The notes under the pieces: model-generated
Databases searched by the model: none
What the model was told of the DNA's origin: nothing
The model's input: only the letters and a program-made list of their open reading frames with translations
In this document: one piece after another, positions 7,084 through 15,979 of the stretch
Layout of the letters: every line of letters begins with the position of its first letter
How positions within the stretch are numbered: the first letter of the stretch is position 1
Source: a bacterium
GTDB lineage: Bacteria; Cyanobacteriota; Vampirovibrionia; Gastranaerophilales; JBAXKC01
Length of the DNA: 64,000 bases
Direction of reading: 5' to 3'
Assembly: GCA_037137535.1 (NCBI GenBank)
Contig: JBAXKC010000005.1
Coordinates: forward strand, 38,346-102,345
Made by a program: the position numbers and the translations under genes

Positions 7084-9813
7084 ATGGTTAACATTAATCG
7101 AAATCTCACATTTACAAATGCAGACTTGATTAAAAAACAGTTTCAGATGAAGCCGTCTAATCAGCAAGCTCAACCTGCTCCTGTGGTTGAAAATAGTCCG
7201 CAAAAAGCTAATCAGGAATTGATTGCAGATACATTAAAATTAAGAAACGTTGAGCCTGACAAACCAAAAGGTAAAACATTTAACAGAGGTCTTCTTCAGT
7301 GGCCACAAGAAATATATGAAACCAACGTTAAAGGTGCAAAAGTTCTTTGGAAAGCTATGGCTAAAGGCGAAGGCAACGATAAAGATATCGGAAGCCTTAA
7401 CGATTTAGCGTTAGGTTTGGGCAGTTTAGGTATTGCTGCTGCTTTAGCACTTAGACCTAAGGCTTCCCCTGCCGAAAGAGCTATGGAATTTGCCGGTTTT
7501 GGAACATGGTTTGCAGCGCAAGCTATTTGGCCAAAAACTATTCTCGCAGGACCTGTTAAATTTTTTACCGGTGTAGATATTAATAAAACTTATCAGCATA
7601 GTGAAGGCAAAATTAATAGAACGCTTACTGATCCTCAATATATTCCTTGGGATCACTATACTCAAAAAGAATATGATGAAGTTGGTAAAAAATGTCATAT
7701 TCCTGAAAATATCAAAGATAGAAATAAACATGTTCAAAATAAAATCAGACAGGTTGGCGTTCAGTCAAATACTTTATGGATGCTGACAGCAGGTTTTTCA
7801 ACTCCGTTAATTTCCAGTTTATTTGCTGATAGATTAAGACCGGCTGTTGCAGGTGGTCTTGAGATGGTAAATGAAACAAAAAATTCTATGAAGTTATTCG
7901 GATTCAAGAAAACACTTCACGATAGAATTGATAGAGCTCTTCAAAATCTTGAACATAAGATGATTCCTAACGCTACAGGTAACGGATTAGGTTCTGTGGG
8001 TAGAGGTGTTCAAAACTTCTTCATTAGTGCTGATAATATGTTAGGAACTATTAAAAAGCCTATTTTATCCACAGTTCAACATCTTGTCGGCTATAAGCCT
8101 GAAGAAGCATTAAAAGGTTTTGATTCTAAAGCTGAATCTATTTCTAAGAAAACTGCTGAGCAAATGGAAAAATTACTTGAGTCTAATCCTAATAAAGAGA
8201 AAATGACAAGTGAATTAGCAAATATGTTTAAAGATTCTAGTGAATTAGGTTCATTTAGACATACTGACTTATTTAACAGTATTGTTAAAACTGTATCTTC
8301 TAAAATGGATGAAATTCCTGGAAAAGATGCGACTAAACAAGCAGAGCTTAAAAAACAAATCGTTAGTGTTGTTTCATCGGCTAAGAAATTTGTTGAGATG
8401 GCAAAAGATGTTGAAGGCTATGCTAAAACAACACTCGGTAATTACGCTGATACAACTATAGCTCACGCTTGGGATCAAGCTCCTAGAGAAATGATGGATG
8501 CTTTAAGACTTCCTAATGCTGTAAGAGTTAAATTACAAAGTGTTAACGGTCAAACTCCTAATGGTATAAGTGCAGTTGCTCTTGAAATTTCTGATTATAT
8601 TCATAAACTTCCTGCTGCTGAAAGAGAAGAAGTTAAAATTGCATTAGATAATGTTATTCATAAGCACGATAGTAAGTTATCAGGAATGGCTGAGAGAGTA
8701 GGTGTTGTCTTTACTGAAGGAGGAGCTAAAGAGACTGAAAATGGTGTAATGCAAAAATTAAGAGCATACTCTAAAGACCTTAGCACTCAACTTTATGATA
8801 GTGATGATTTTAAAACAGCAAATATTTATATGGATAATCTGAGTAATATGGTCAGAGATCGTATTATGAATACAAAAAATTCCTTCCATAAAATGCCTGT
8901 GTTATTTGAAGCTCATACAAAAGAAGTTGAATTAATTGCTGAGTATAATAAAAAGAATCCGACTAAAGCTATTGATCTTAAAAATGGCGTGACTAATATA
9001 GTAATGGAATTGTCAAGTAAACCTAAGGAAGCACTTAACGATCATGAAAAAACATTACTTGAGGGTCTAACTAAATCAATGAAGTTTAAGAGTACTTTTG
9101 ATCCGCATAACTTAATGACAGTTGACAAAGGTGTAAGTTTAGATGAATTCTTAAATAAATGCAGAGCGATTTATGGAAGTAATCCTGCAACAGAAGCTAA
9201 AGGCACTATAAATGAGATGTTAAATCAATTATTTGTGTCAATGTATAAAATTGAGGATACAGGTAAGGATCTCAGTAAATGGACAGAGGCAGCTCTTACT
9301 GATTTATTAAAAGGTGATAATCAATTAGCAAAACAATTAAAATCTGCAAGTGGTGATGACCTTAAACATATGCTTGAGGCTAATGATCACCAGTTAGAAA
9401 AAACGATTAATTCTCATTTGGGTGAATTATTTAATCAAGCTAAGTCAACAATGACAGAAAAAGGTTTAATATCACTTACTGAAGATTCAATTAAAGCTAT
9501 ATTTAATGAAACCTTTAATAAAGCGGGTATTGATGTTTCTCATTCGTTAAAAACACAAGCATTTATTGAAGAAAAAGCTGATGCTCTTGCTCCAAAACTT
9601 AAATCAGCTGGAGCTTGGTTAGGTAAAGCTCTTGATAAATTTATCGCAGATGCAGCAGGTGAGACTGTACTTTACAGAGGTTGGTTGACAAAAGTCGGTA
9701 GTGCATTCGCTGTTCTTACAGGTGTAACATTAATCGCTTCATCAATGATGGGCAAGAAAAACAAATATAATCCGGGTGTCTATGAGGTAAGGGAGACCAA
9801 GAAATATGAATAA
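7084..9813 (+). CDS. Large membrane protein, unknown family (N-terminal domain paralogous to 5753..7066; long helical region; C-terminal TM anchor)
   Basis: AGGGGA RBS. N-terminus MKPSNQQAQPAPVV. TM segments LALGLGSLGIAAALAL, FAGFGTWFAAQAIW, LWMLTAGFSTPLISSLFA and a C-terminal VGSAFAVLTGVTLIASSMMG. Motifs G(I/V)D(L/I)N, W-D and YD..(A/G)KK are shared with the upstream gene. Confidence 0.65.
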   Translation: MVNINRNLTFTNADLIKKQFQMKPSNQQAQPAPVVENSPQKANQELIADTLKLRNVEPDKPKGKTFNRGLLQWPQEIYETNVKGAKVLWKAMAKGEGNDKDIGSLNDLALGLGSLGIAAALALRPKASPAERAMEFAGFGTWFAAQAIWPKTILAGPVKFFTGVDINKTYQHSEGKINRTLTDPQYIPWDHYTQKEYDEVGKKCHIPENIKDRNKHVQNKIRQVGVQSNTLWMLTAGFSTPLISSLFADRLRPAVAGGLEMVNETKNSMKLFGFKKTLHDRIDRALQNLEHKMIPNATGNGLGSVGRGVQNFFISADNMLGTIKKPILSTVQHLVGYKPEEALKGFDSKAESISKKTAEQMEKLLESNPNKEKMTSELANMFKDSSELGSFRHTDLFNSIVKTVSSKMDEIPGKDATKQAELKKQIVSVVSSAKKFVEMAKDVEGYAKTTLGNYADTTIAHAWDQAPREMMDALRLPNAVRVKLQSVNGQTPNGISAVALEISDYIHKLPAAEREEVKIALDNVIHKHDSKLSGMAERVGVVFTEGGAKETENGVMQKLRAYSKDLSTQLYDSDDFKTANIYMDNLSNMVRDRIMNTKNSFHKMPVLFEAHTKEVELIAEYNKKNPTKAIDLKNGVTNIVMELSSKPKEALNDHEKTLLEGLTKSMKFKSTFDPHNLMTVDKGVSLDEFLNKCRAIYGSNPATEAKGTINEMLNQLFVSMYKIEDTGKDLSKWTEAALTDLLKGDNQLAKQLKSASGDDLKHMLEANDHQLEKTINSHLGELFNQAKSTMTEKGLISLTEDSIKAIFNETFNKAGIDVSHSLKTQAFIEEKADALAPKLKSAGAWLGKALDKFIADAAGETVLYRGWLTKVGSAFAVLTGVTLIASSMMGKKNKYNPGVYEVRETKKYE

Positions 9814-11773
9814 CGTTCAAAATAACAATAATCAGTTTATTGTAAAACTTCCTTTGAATAAAACTAATCAGCCGTTACCTCAACAGCCTGTGTATGTTGC
9901 TCCTGCGGCTACACATGTGAATCAGCAGCCAAATCAGGTAGTTTATGCAAATAATATTCCTAATATTTTCTTTAAATCACCACAACCTCAAAAAGCTGTT
10001 GTTGCTCCACAAGTAGCTCCACAGCAACAAGCTAATACTCAATCAATGTCGTCAGATTGGGTTTCAAGTTGGATAAAAGTTAAAATGCCTGCAGCGGCTA
10101 ATGCTTCAACAGCAGTAGCAAAGGCTGCTCCGGTTCAGAAAATATCTGATGTGAAACTTGATCCGAATTTTCATTGGAAAAACGACCTTAGGCAGTTATT
10201 CCACGAAAATAAAGCTTGTATTATGGCAGTGTTAATGAATACATTCAATGCTAAAGATAAAGATGGTGACAGATTAATTCAACCGTCTAAAGGTGAAGAA
10301 TTCGGCACTTGGTATAATGGTATCGAGCGTCTTGATGAGATGAAAGCATTAGGTATTAATACATTACACATTCTTCCTCCAAACCCACCCGGTGCAAAAG
10401 GTGCTATGGGGAACAACGGTTCAAGATATGCTGTTGATGATTATACTAAATTAGATCCAATGCTTGATGATCCAAAATGTCCTCTTGGCGTGGAAGATGA
10501 AGCAAAATTATTCATTCAGGAAGCTCATAAACGTGGTATCAGAGTAATGTTTGACCTTGCAAGCTGTTTCTCAATCGATCAGTTTGAAAAATCTGCTGCT
10601 AATCAAGATAAAAATCCTGCAACTCCAAAAGTAGCTGTAAATCCTGACGGTACACCGGCTATTCCTCAAGGTTGGGAAGACATTAGAATGATGGATCCTT
10701 GGGAAGATAAAGATAAGAGAATTTTACACAAAGGCTTGATGGATTATCATAAAAAATTCATTGATTTGGCACAAAGAATTGGTGTTGATGGTATCAGAGC
10801 TGACGTTGCAAGAGCGAAACCTGTTGAATTCTGGAATGAATTAATTGCATATTCCAGAAGTAAAGATCCAAACTTCTGCTGGTTAGCTGAAAGCTATTGT
10901 TATGAAGATGCCTCACCAATGCAAAACGTACCTGCTGATAGACCTGAAGAGCTGTTAAAAGTTGGTTTCGATTCATACTATGGTCAAGATCACTTATTCC
11001 CATTATGGAAAAACAGTAAAGATTTCCATGACAATATGCTTCTAAACCTTGATCTTTCACATAAAGTAGGGCCTAATAAGTCTGTAATCGGTTCAATGCA
11101 TACCCATGATGATAGAAGTCCTATGTCAAACGGTGGCGCTCCATACTGTTGTTTAACAGCAGGCGCTCAACTTACATTACCGATGACTAATCCATACTTT
11201 ACAATCGGTTTTGAATCAGGTGACAGATATTTATATCCATACGATGGCAAGCCTGTTCAAGGTTGGGCAAGAACAGACTCTAAAACCTATGTAACTCATA
11301 GTGAGTTTATCGACATCTTTAATACGTCAGATAAACCGCATGGCGATAATCCTGAAATCGGCCAATATATGACTGATATGACAAAAGTTAGAAAGCAATA
11401 TGAAGATGTTATTACCAAAGGTTCTTACATTCCGTTAAAAACTACTAATAAAGAAGATTTAATTATCGGTTATGCAAGACACTATAACGGTAAAACCTTA
11501 CTTGCTATTGCTAACAAAGATGTAAATGCTGTTCAGCAAGGAAAAGTGAAAGTACCAACTTTAAAAGAAGGACAAGTTCTTAAAGATCTTTCACCTGCTT
11601 ATGGTGCACCAAGTAATTATGTCGCTAAAAACGGAGAAGTTGACGTAGAACTTGGACCAGCTAGATTCCATCTTTTTGAAATTGATACACCTGAAATAGA
11701 AAAAGCTGCTGATGGCGTATATTCTCAAAACCTTGATTTATCTATGTATGAACAAACTCCAATAAAAGATTAA
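9806..11773 (+). CDS. Glycoside hydrolase family 13 (alpha-amylase superfamily) protein with about 110-aa Q/P-rich N-terminal extension
   Basis: GH13 conserved regions: GINTLHILPP, VDGIRADVARAK (region II, nucleophile Asp), CWLAESY (region III Glu), SMHTHDDRS (region IV HD). The start overlaps the upstream stop by 8 nt (ATGAATAA). No signal peptide is visible. Confidence 0.8.
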   Translation: MNNVQNNNNQFIVKLPLNKTNQPLPQQPVYVAPAATHVNQQPNQVVYANNIPNIFFKSPQPQKAVVAPQVAPQQQANTQSMSSDWVSSWIKVKMPAAANASTAVAKAAPVQKISDVKLDPNFHWKNDLRQLFHENKACIMAVLMNTFNAKDKDGDRLIQPSKGEEFGTWYNGIERLDEMKALGINTLHILPPNPPGAKGAMGNNGSRYAVDDYTKLDPMLDDPKCPLGVEDEAKLFIQEAHKRGIRVMFDLASCFSIDQFEKSAANQDKNPATPKVAVNPDGTPAIPQGWEDIRMMDPWEDKDKRILHKGLMDYHKKFIDLAQRIGVDGIRADVARAKPVEFWNELIAYSRSKDPNFCWLAESYCYEDASPMQNVPADRPEELLKVGFDSYYGQDHLFPLWKNSKDFHDNMLLNLDLSHKVGPNKSVIGSMHTHDDRSPMSNGGAPYCCLTAGAQLTLPMTNPYFTIGFESGDRYLYPYDGKPVQGWARTDSKTYVTHSEFIDIFNTSDKPHGDNPEIGQYMTDMTKVRKQYEDVITKGSYIPLKTTNKEDLIIGYARHYNGKTLLAIANKDVNAVQQGKVKVPTLKEGQVLKDLSPAYGAPSNYVAKNGEVDVELGPARFHLFEIDTPEIEKAADGVYSQNLDLSMYEQTPIKD

Positions 11774-11801
11774 TCTAGTAAAATAACTAAATTAATTATA
11801 A

Positions 11802-11836
11802 AAATCCCTTACATTATTTAAGATGTAAGGGATTTT
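11802..11836. terminator. Rho-independent terminator after GH13 gene
   Basis: 13-bp perfect stem AAATCCCTTACAT / ATGTAAGGGATTT with an 8-nt loop and a trailing T-run. Confidence 0.8.
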
Positions 11837-12126
11837 AGCTATAAAGACGGGCATTTAAACCCTAATGCCAGCTTGCCGTTTTATGACAAAGTCCGACTAG
11901 AATAAAAACGCCCTATATTTAATAACCCTGCATAAGGTAATTCCATAAAAAAGATAAATCGCAACAGTATCGTAACATTGACTTCACGTCTTGTATTAAC
12001 TTATCTTTTCTTATCCTTTATAAATATATCATTATGTTATATAAACAACATCGGTTGTTCGTTCTACAACAATTGTCTATAATTACAAATATATTACCAT
12101 AATATTGTTGTACAACAATTGGCTTA

Positions 12127-14049
12127 TTATGTTAATTTAGCTATTTTTTCCGCTAGCTGAGCAATTTCCTCACAGTTATCAGCAGAAACATTTATAAGTT
12201 TAGTTATTTCAGTCATTTCTTTACCAGCTTCATTCATGTTAGTTTCAAGTTTGTCTGAAATTTTATTCATTAACTCTACTTGCTTCTGAATTATGGATTC
12301 ACTAGATTTAGTTGAATCTACAACTTCTTTAGATTGTTCAGAAAGTTTTCTTACTTCATCCGCTACAATTGCAAAGCCACGTCCATGATCACCCGCACGA
12401 GCTGCTTCAATAGAAGCATTAAGTGAGAGTAAATTTGTCATACCTGCTATATTTACAATTTCTTTTGATGCTTCAATAAATTCATTAACGCTTTGTTCAA
12501 CACTATAAATACTATTTTTTAAATCACTTGAGGTTTTAATAAGATTAATTATTTGTTCTTTTATTTGTTCCGTATTTGCACTATTTTCTTTATTTGAATT
12601 AGCGACATTTAATACTTTTTCTATAATCTTATCCACATTTGTTTTAAGAATAGTTGATGATTCCTCTTTTTCTGCATTAATTTCCTGTAATTCTGCTGTC
12701 ATTTGTTGTAGTTTACAATTTTGTGCATTTATCATGTCATGTTCTATTTTAAGCTCTTTTTTATTATAAAATATGCAGTTTTTTAAATGATTAGTATTAT
12801 TAAATATAGAAAGGGCCATATTTTTACAATTGCCATATCCGCAAGCATTACAGTTTATGTTTTTATCTTTTTCAGTATATTTATGCAGTTTTATAAATAC
12901 TTCATTCAATTCGCTTTGATTTGGAATTAATATTTTTACATCAGAAGATTTATTTTTGTATTTTCTAATAAAATCATTCAAGTCTATTTCTTTGTTAAAC
13001 ATATCAAATAAAGGATAGGTATTTTTATTAAATATATTCTTTGAGCTTTTTTCTTTGATTTTTTGTTTTTTTGCTAAATTCATTTTATTATCAAGATCAT
13101 CTATGTGACGATCTTTACATGTCCCTGTCCCCAAATTGCAGCCGAAAGAACAGTTTAAAATATCTACAATAAGAGGCAAATTTTTATTTTCTTTTACTCT
13201 TTTATTATATGAATCAAGGTAACTATATGCATGCTCATTACCTTCTACCTGTCTTACCCAGGCATCAGGTATATGGAATTCTACGTTTTCTCTAAGACCA
13301 CCTGGTCTTGAGAAGGTTAAGCCTAATCCACATCCGATATCATCAAAGTCTGTTTCTTCATAGCTATTTAGGTTTATATTATTTCTTTTTAAATAATTCT
13401 CTATTTTTTTATAGGTAATATTATATGAAATATAACCATTAGTATTGGGATCATTAAATTCATCTGTTTTTCCAAGACAAGGTGATAAAAAGGCTATGTT
13501 ATCATTTATTTTTTTATAATTTTTCATGTAAATAGCAGTACAGAGAGCAGGACTATGAACAGGTGAGGTTTTTTCGATTAATTCAGGTTTGTATTTTTCT
13601 ATATAATTAACAATTGCAGGACAAGGCTGTGCAATGACAGAGTCTAAATTTTTAGTAGTAATCGCTTTGATATAAGCCCATGTACATAGATCAGCACCAA
13701 ATGACACATCATATATTAAATTTATACCTTTGCTTTTAAAAAATGAAAAAAGTTTTTTGTAATTGTCAAAATTCAACCTTGCTGCAGGAGCTGCAACAAT
13801 GGATAATTTTTTACCTTTTTTTAAATCTTCAAAAAATAATTCTGTATCATCATTATATCTACGAGCATTATGATCACATTCCTCTATACAATGTCCACAA
13901 TTTATACATTTATAAGGATCAACTTTAATTTTATTATCGTTGTTTTCGTCTAAATAGGCTATATTGGCGTATATTGCAGGACAACCATTTATGCATTTAT
14001 TGCAACCGACACAATTCTCTTCAATTGTGTAAACAATATTATTCTTCAT
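12127..14049 (-). CDS. Soluble methyl-accepting chemotaxis protein with N-terminal 2x[4Fe-4S] ferredoxin + [FeFe]-hydrogenase-like H-domain sensor
   Basis: Ferredoxin motifs [12 protein letters not shown] and [12 protein letters not shown]-cluster-like motifs AQPCPA (L1), [10 protein letters not shown] (L2) and [13 protein letters not shown] (L3). An extra Cys cluster, CNACGYGNC...C. C-terminal MCP tip motif [35 protein letters not shown]. No TM helix. Confidence 0.85.
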   Translation of the reverse strand: MKNNIVYTIEENCVGCNKCINGCPAIYANIAYLDENNDNKIKVDPYKCINCGHCIEECDHNARRYNDDTELFFEDLKKGKKLSIVAAPAARLNFDNYKKLFSFFKSKGINLIYDVSFGADLCTWAYIKAITTKNLDSVIAQPCPAIVNYIEKYKPELIEKTSPVHSPALCTAIYMKNYKKINDNIAFLSPCLGKTDEFNDPNTNGYISYNITYKKIENYLKRNNINLNSYEETDFDDIGCGLGLTFSRPGGLRENVEFHIPDAWVRQVEGNEHAYSYLDSYNKRVKENKNLPLIVDILNCSFGCNLGTGTCKDRHIDDLDNKMNLAKKQKIKEKSSKNIFNKNTYPLFDMFNKEIDLNDFIRKYKNKSSDVKILIPNQSELNEVFIKLHKYTEKDKNINCNACGYGNCKNMALSIFNNTNHLKNCIFYNKKELKIEHDMINAQNCKLQQMTAELQEINAEKEESSTILKTNVDKIIEKVLNVANSNKENSANTEQIKEQIINLIKTSSDLKNSIYSVEQSVNEFIEASKEIVNIAGMTNLLSLNASIEAARAGDHGRGFAIVADEVRKLSEQSKEVVDSTKSSESIIQKQVELMNKISDKLETNMNEAGKEMTEITKLINVSADNCEEIAQLAEKIAKLT

Positions 14050-14261
14050 TATTTTGACCCAGCTTCCTTTTTATTTTATTTTAAATCCAACATACATAAT
14101 CGATATTTTTTCTTTAATTATAATTAGAAAACAATATAGTAATAATAAAAAAATTTATAATCTATCCTCTTGTCATACTAACTAATGAAAGATTTAATTT
14201 TATGAAACATAATTAGTTTAACTTTTATACGGTGGTTATGATAATTTATGAGGTATTTACC

Positions 14262-14567
14262 ATGAATGTTTCAAGAATTGATGGTTTTAAAGAAGAAATG
14301 CATAATGCTACTGAATCAATGAAAACTAGAATATCAGAAGTTCAAGGTAAAGTTGAAGAGAATATTAATAAAGCTATGGTTGTTACTGCTGACAGTTTAG
14401 AAAATACGGCAAAAAAATTTAACGGTACTGCTGAAGTTTTACGAGAAAAAAATGCTCAAACTATTAAAAATGATGTATCTGAGCTTGTTAAAAAATATCC
14501 TGCTTATACTTTTGTTGGTGCTATGGTTATAGGCTTTATTTTTGGCAAAATGCTTTCAAAACGATAG
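14262..14567 (+). CDS. DUF883/ElaB-YqjD-like tail-anchored membrane protein
   Basis: GAGG RBS 7 nt upstream of the ATG at 14262 (the ORF extends to GTG 14232). Hydrophilic helical N-terminus, then KKYPAYTFVGAMVIGFIFGKMLSKR, which resembles the YqjD C-terminus (ENPWTGVGIGAAIGVVLGVLLSRR). Confidence 0.6.
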   Translation: MNVSRIDGFKEEMHNATESMKTRISEVQGKVEENINKAMVVTADSLENTAKKFNGTAEVLREKNAQTIKNDVSELVKKYPAYTFVGAMVIGFIFGKMLSKR

Positions 14568-14580
14568 GAGGATTGTAGCT

Positions 14581-14922
14581 TTGTTTAAAAATGAACCAAA
14601 TTTTAAAGAGAAAAATAATATTCCGCATCTAATTAAAGAAATAGTTAATGAATTTTTAAATTTGACATTAAAGCACATAAGTTTAATAAAATTTGATATA
14701 AAACATGATATTAGAGTTGCAATAAGTCATATATTATTAGGTCTTTTATGCATTTTTATGGGATTTTGCGGACTTATTTTTCTTGGGTTTTTCTTTATTC
14801 TGATGCTGACTAAAGCTTTACCGCTATGGTTGGCTACTTTGTTGGTAGCGTTATTGTATTTTGTCATTTCTATAATTTTGCTGGCTTTTGCAATGAATAA
14901 AATTAACATTGAAAAATTTTAG
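14581..14922 (+). CDS. YqjE-like (holin-X/DUF1469-type) two-TM membrane protein
   Basis: AGGAGG sits about 9 nt upstream of an in-frame TTG at 14581 (the ORF is open from 14542). Amphipathic N-terminus followed by two long hydrophobic helices. The position between two DUF883-like genes mirrors the E. coli yqjD-yqjE-yqjK order. Confidence 0.5.
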   Translation: MFKNEPNFKEKNNIPHLIKEIVNEFLNLTLKHISLIKFDIKHDIRVAISHILLGLLCIFMGFCGLIFLGFFFILMLTKALPLWLATLLVALLYFVISIILLAFAMNKINIEKF

Positions 14923-14945
14923 CATAATATATTTGGAGATTTAAA

Positions 14946-15251
14946 ATGGATAAAAGACATGAACTTCTAAACGATATTGAGCGTTCGCAGGAGCGCATTC
15001 AAGATGATATCTCTCATATTGGAGATATTATTCATAATAAAACTAATATAGCGGATGCAATAAAAAAACATCCGTTTCAATCTCTTGCTATTGGAACAGC
15101 AGCAGGTTTTGCATTGGCATTTATTTCTACCCCTATTGGAAGAGTAGTTATTAAATCACTTATAGGTTCTGCTGTTGCTACTGCCGGTGCTCATTATTCC
15201 AAAAAGGGAATAGATTATTTACAATTATTAAAAGAGAAAAAAGTTGTTTAA
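14946..15251 (+). CDS. DUF883-like / YqjK-position small membrane protein
   Basis: GGAGA RBS. Helical N-terminus, then KKHPFQSLAIGTAAGFALAFI, a TM segment of the ElaB/YqjD type. Confidence 0.55.
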   Translation: MDKRHELLNDIERSQERIQDDISHIGDIIHNKTNIADAIKKHPFQSLAIGTAAGFALAFISTPIGRVVIKSLIGSAVATAGAHYSKKGIDYLQLLKEKKVV

Positions 15252-15979
15252 AGTGGTTTCTTTTTAGGTATTCCTGCCTTACGTGGATAATGAGAGGAAG
15301 TGTTCCCGACTTTCTTTATTATTAGTATATTTCTATCAGTATTTTCTATTGAATAATCTATTTGTTTTACAGACTCGCCTTTGAGGGTCTGTAAAGCTTT
15401 TTGGGCTTCGTTAAGTTCTTCTTGAGCTTCTTTTGCTTTATATGCTGCAAATATACCGTCCTTTTTAACAAATGGCAGGCAATATTCGCATAGTATATTA
15501 AGTCGACTTACTGCTCTTGCAACAGAAATATCAAATTTTTCTCTCATTTCGACAGTATGTGCCAGATCTTCCGCTCTTCCGTTTACTGTTTTAATTCGGT
15601 CTGTTAATTCTAATATTTCTGCCAATTCTTTAATAAAGTTAATTTTTTTACCAACTGAATCCACAGCAGTTAAAGTCCATGTGTCAAATAAAATAATCAG
15701 CGGAACTCCAGGAAAACCACCACCACAGCCAATATCAATAATAGAAAGGTTCTTTTTTTCTCTAATTTCTTCATCAAGATATAAGGAAATAGAGTCTGCG
15801 AAATGCTTTGTCATAACTGTTTCATAGCTTGCATCGCTGACTATATTTGTATGTTCGTTAAACTTATTTAAAAATTCAAAATATTTTCCGAAAAGTTCAA
15901 TTTGCTTTTCGTTTAATTCAATATCAAATTCTTTTATTTTATTTATTAAAAGTTCCATAATTTTATCGTCCTTTAGCAT
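15248..15979 (-). CDS. rsmG: 16S rRNA (guanine527-N7)-methyltransferase RsmG (GidB)
   Basis: SAM-binding motif IIDIGCGGGFPGVPL, the N-terminal L...Q...F..Y...L..WN-like region, and ARAV. Typical length. Alternative start at 15958 (MELLINK). Confidence 0.9.
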   Translation of the reverse strand: MLKDDKIMELLINKIKEFDIELNEKQIELFGKYFEFLNKFNEHTNIVSDASYETVMTKHFADSISLYLDEEIREKKNLSIIDIGCGGGFPGVPLIILFDTWTLTAVDSVGKKINFIKELAEILELTDRIKTVNGRAEDLAHTVEMREKFDISVARAVSRLNILCEYCLPFVKKDGIFAAYKAKEAQEELNEAQKALQTLKGESVKQIDYSIENTDRNILIIKKVGNTSSHYPRKAGIPKKKPL

